Source: Candidatus Hermodarchaeota archaeon
GTDB lineage: Archaea; Asgardarchaeota; Heimdallarchaeia; Hodarchaeales; Hodarchaeaceae
Assembly: GCA_048886185.1 (NCBI GenBank)
Contig: JBHLKY010000014.1
Coordinates: 60,432 to 84,431, forward strand
Length of the DNA stretch: 24,000 bases
Direction: 5' to 3'
The position numbers and the translations under genes were made by a program. Each line of letters begins with the position of its first letter. Within the stretch, counting starts at the first letter, position 1. Shown here in pieces: positions 23,180-24,000 of this stretch. Under the pieces are notes generated by a model. The model made no database searches, was not told where the DNA came from, and saw nothing but the letters and a program-made list of their open reading frames with translations.

Positions 23180-24000
23180 GTGAGAAAGCAGCATATTACC
23201 ATAGCTCTTGGCCAAATGGTATTAGATAACGTAATTCACGATTTTCAAGACTTTCCTCAAACCAAGGTACAGAAAAGTCTCTTATTAGGAGGGCCACCCT
23301 CTTTTGCAGGAATTGTGGGTTTAATTCTTTCAAAAATATACACTTGGTTGCCTCCTCCACTAGTTTACGCTTATGCTTGCCCCAAAGCCATTACACTTAT
23401 CAAAAATATTCCTGATTATAGTTTAATTTTGACTAATATAAAATTGCATTCAAATTGCCCTCATTTTCAATTAGAATACTCAAATGAAAAACAGGGAAGA
23501 ACTCTGTTTTTAGAAAATTCCCCAATTCAATTTAATCCATATAATTTCAATTGGAAGTTCGGGGAATCTCTTCCTACTACTATAATAGGCTCTGTTTATC
23601 ATGAATTTACTAATCCAGAGATATTTACTTTTCTCCGAGATAAGTGTTCCTACATAGCTTTCGATGCCCAAGGTTGTTTCCGTCAGCGCACACAAGAAGG
23701 AAAAATAGTATTCCGTGACTGGTGGGACCTTAGAATTATCGAAAATATCGATTGTCTAAAAATTTCAGAAACAGAAGCGAAATTCATGAATTTAGGAGCT
23801 CATCCTTACGAAATCATTTCAAAAGTTTTGGAAACAAATGTTTCATCTGTTCTTTTCACCCGTGGTAAACATGGTTCTATCCTAGGTACTAAAAACAGAA
23901 ATCGAGGGGAGATTCAGCTATATGAAGTCCCTACATTTACAGAAGGTACAATTGTTGATGAAACGGGAGCAGGTGATGTTTTCCTTTATAGTTATGTCAT
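23180..24000 (+). CDS. PfkB-family carbohydrate/nucleoside kinase (partial; the 3' end runs off the window)
   Basis: This ORF is not in the track because there is no stop inside the window. My translation is VRKQHITIALGQMVLDNVIHDF...LLLGGPPSFAG...DAQG...DCLKISETEAKFM...LFTRGKHGSIL...VDETGAGDVFLYSYV. The N-terminal beta-strand, the GG dipeptide and the C-terminal DxTGAGD anion-hole motif are PfkB hallmarks. The start is probably GTG 23180, with ATG 23216 as an alternative. Confidence 0.7.
   Translation, partial: MRKQHITIALGQMVLDNVIHDFQDFPQTKVQKSLLLGGPPSFAGIVGLILSKIYTWLPPPLVYAYACPKAITLIKNIPDYSLILTNIKLHSNCPHFQLEYSNEKQGRTLFLENSPIQFNPYNFNWKFGESLPTTIIGSVYHEFTNPEIFTFLRDKCSYIAFDAQGCFRQRTQEGKIVFRDWWDLRIIENIDCLKISETEAKFMNLGAHPYEIISKVLETNVSSVLFTRGKHGSILGTKNRNRGEIQLYEVPTFTEGTIVDETGAGDVFLYSYV

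Noticed and set aside
23510-23695. 61-aa minus-strand ORF
   Set aside because: It is antisense to the PfkB kinase ORF, which has clear family motifs.
1-24000. Search for CRISPR arrays, IS elements/transposases, integrases, toxin-antitoxin or other defence islands, inteins and rRNA genes
   Set aside because: I saw no regularly spaced repeats, no terminal inverted repeats flanking genes and no recombinase-like ORFs. Host proteins show no intein-sized insertions; aIF5B, EF-2 and RPA lengths are accounted for by their domains. The single PIN protein is the conserved Fcf1-type neighbour of aIF2-gamma, not a VapBC toxin.

Overview
This window reads as a core chromosomal region of a low-GC archaeon (mid-30s % GC by eye). 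It is dominated by translation and information-processing genes. On the minus strand: ThiI (partial), a Cys-rich unknown, tRNA-Thr, an Fcf1-like PIN nuclease, aIF2-gamma, eS6 and aIF5B. On the plus strand: SRP19, RlmE/FtsJ, Trm1 and tRNA-Pro. Then on the minus strand: a multi-OB RPA, an EngB-like GTPase, Elf1 and a secreted/anchored protein. Then on the plus strand: eS19, PDCD5-like, a membrane protein, BirA and a PD-(D/E)xK-like unknown. The rest is an M24 peptidase, a PlsC-type acyltransferase, a small unknown, a long eukaryote-like EF-2, tRNA-Arg, eS26, a membrane protein, Roadblock/LC7 and a PfkB kinase (partial). Elf1, eS26, Roadblock/LC7, PDCD5 and an eEF2-like EF-2 occurring together suggest an Asgard (or TACK-related) lineage; this is inference only. 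I found no CRISPR array, mobile element, rRNA or recognisable defence island, and no clear multi-gene novel system. The most notable observations come from my own reading of the sequence. (1) All three tRNA genes are interrupted, two of them at non-canonical positions (T-loop 59/60 with a textbook hBHBh' motif, and the D-loop). (2) An unannotated intergenic C/D-box sRNA candidate has exact 12-nt spacers and a 5-bp terminal stem. (3) EF-2 is collinear with eukaryotic eEF2. (4) A Roadblock/LC7 gene is paired with a membrane-protein gene. (5) A bacterial-type PlsC acyltransferase sits in an archaeal context. (6) Several small or unknown proteins and a 320-bp repeat-bearing non-coding spacer remain unexplained. 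Functional calls rest on motif recognition by eye; no database search was possible.
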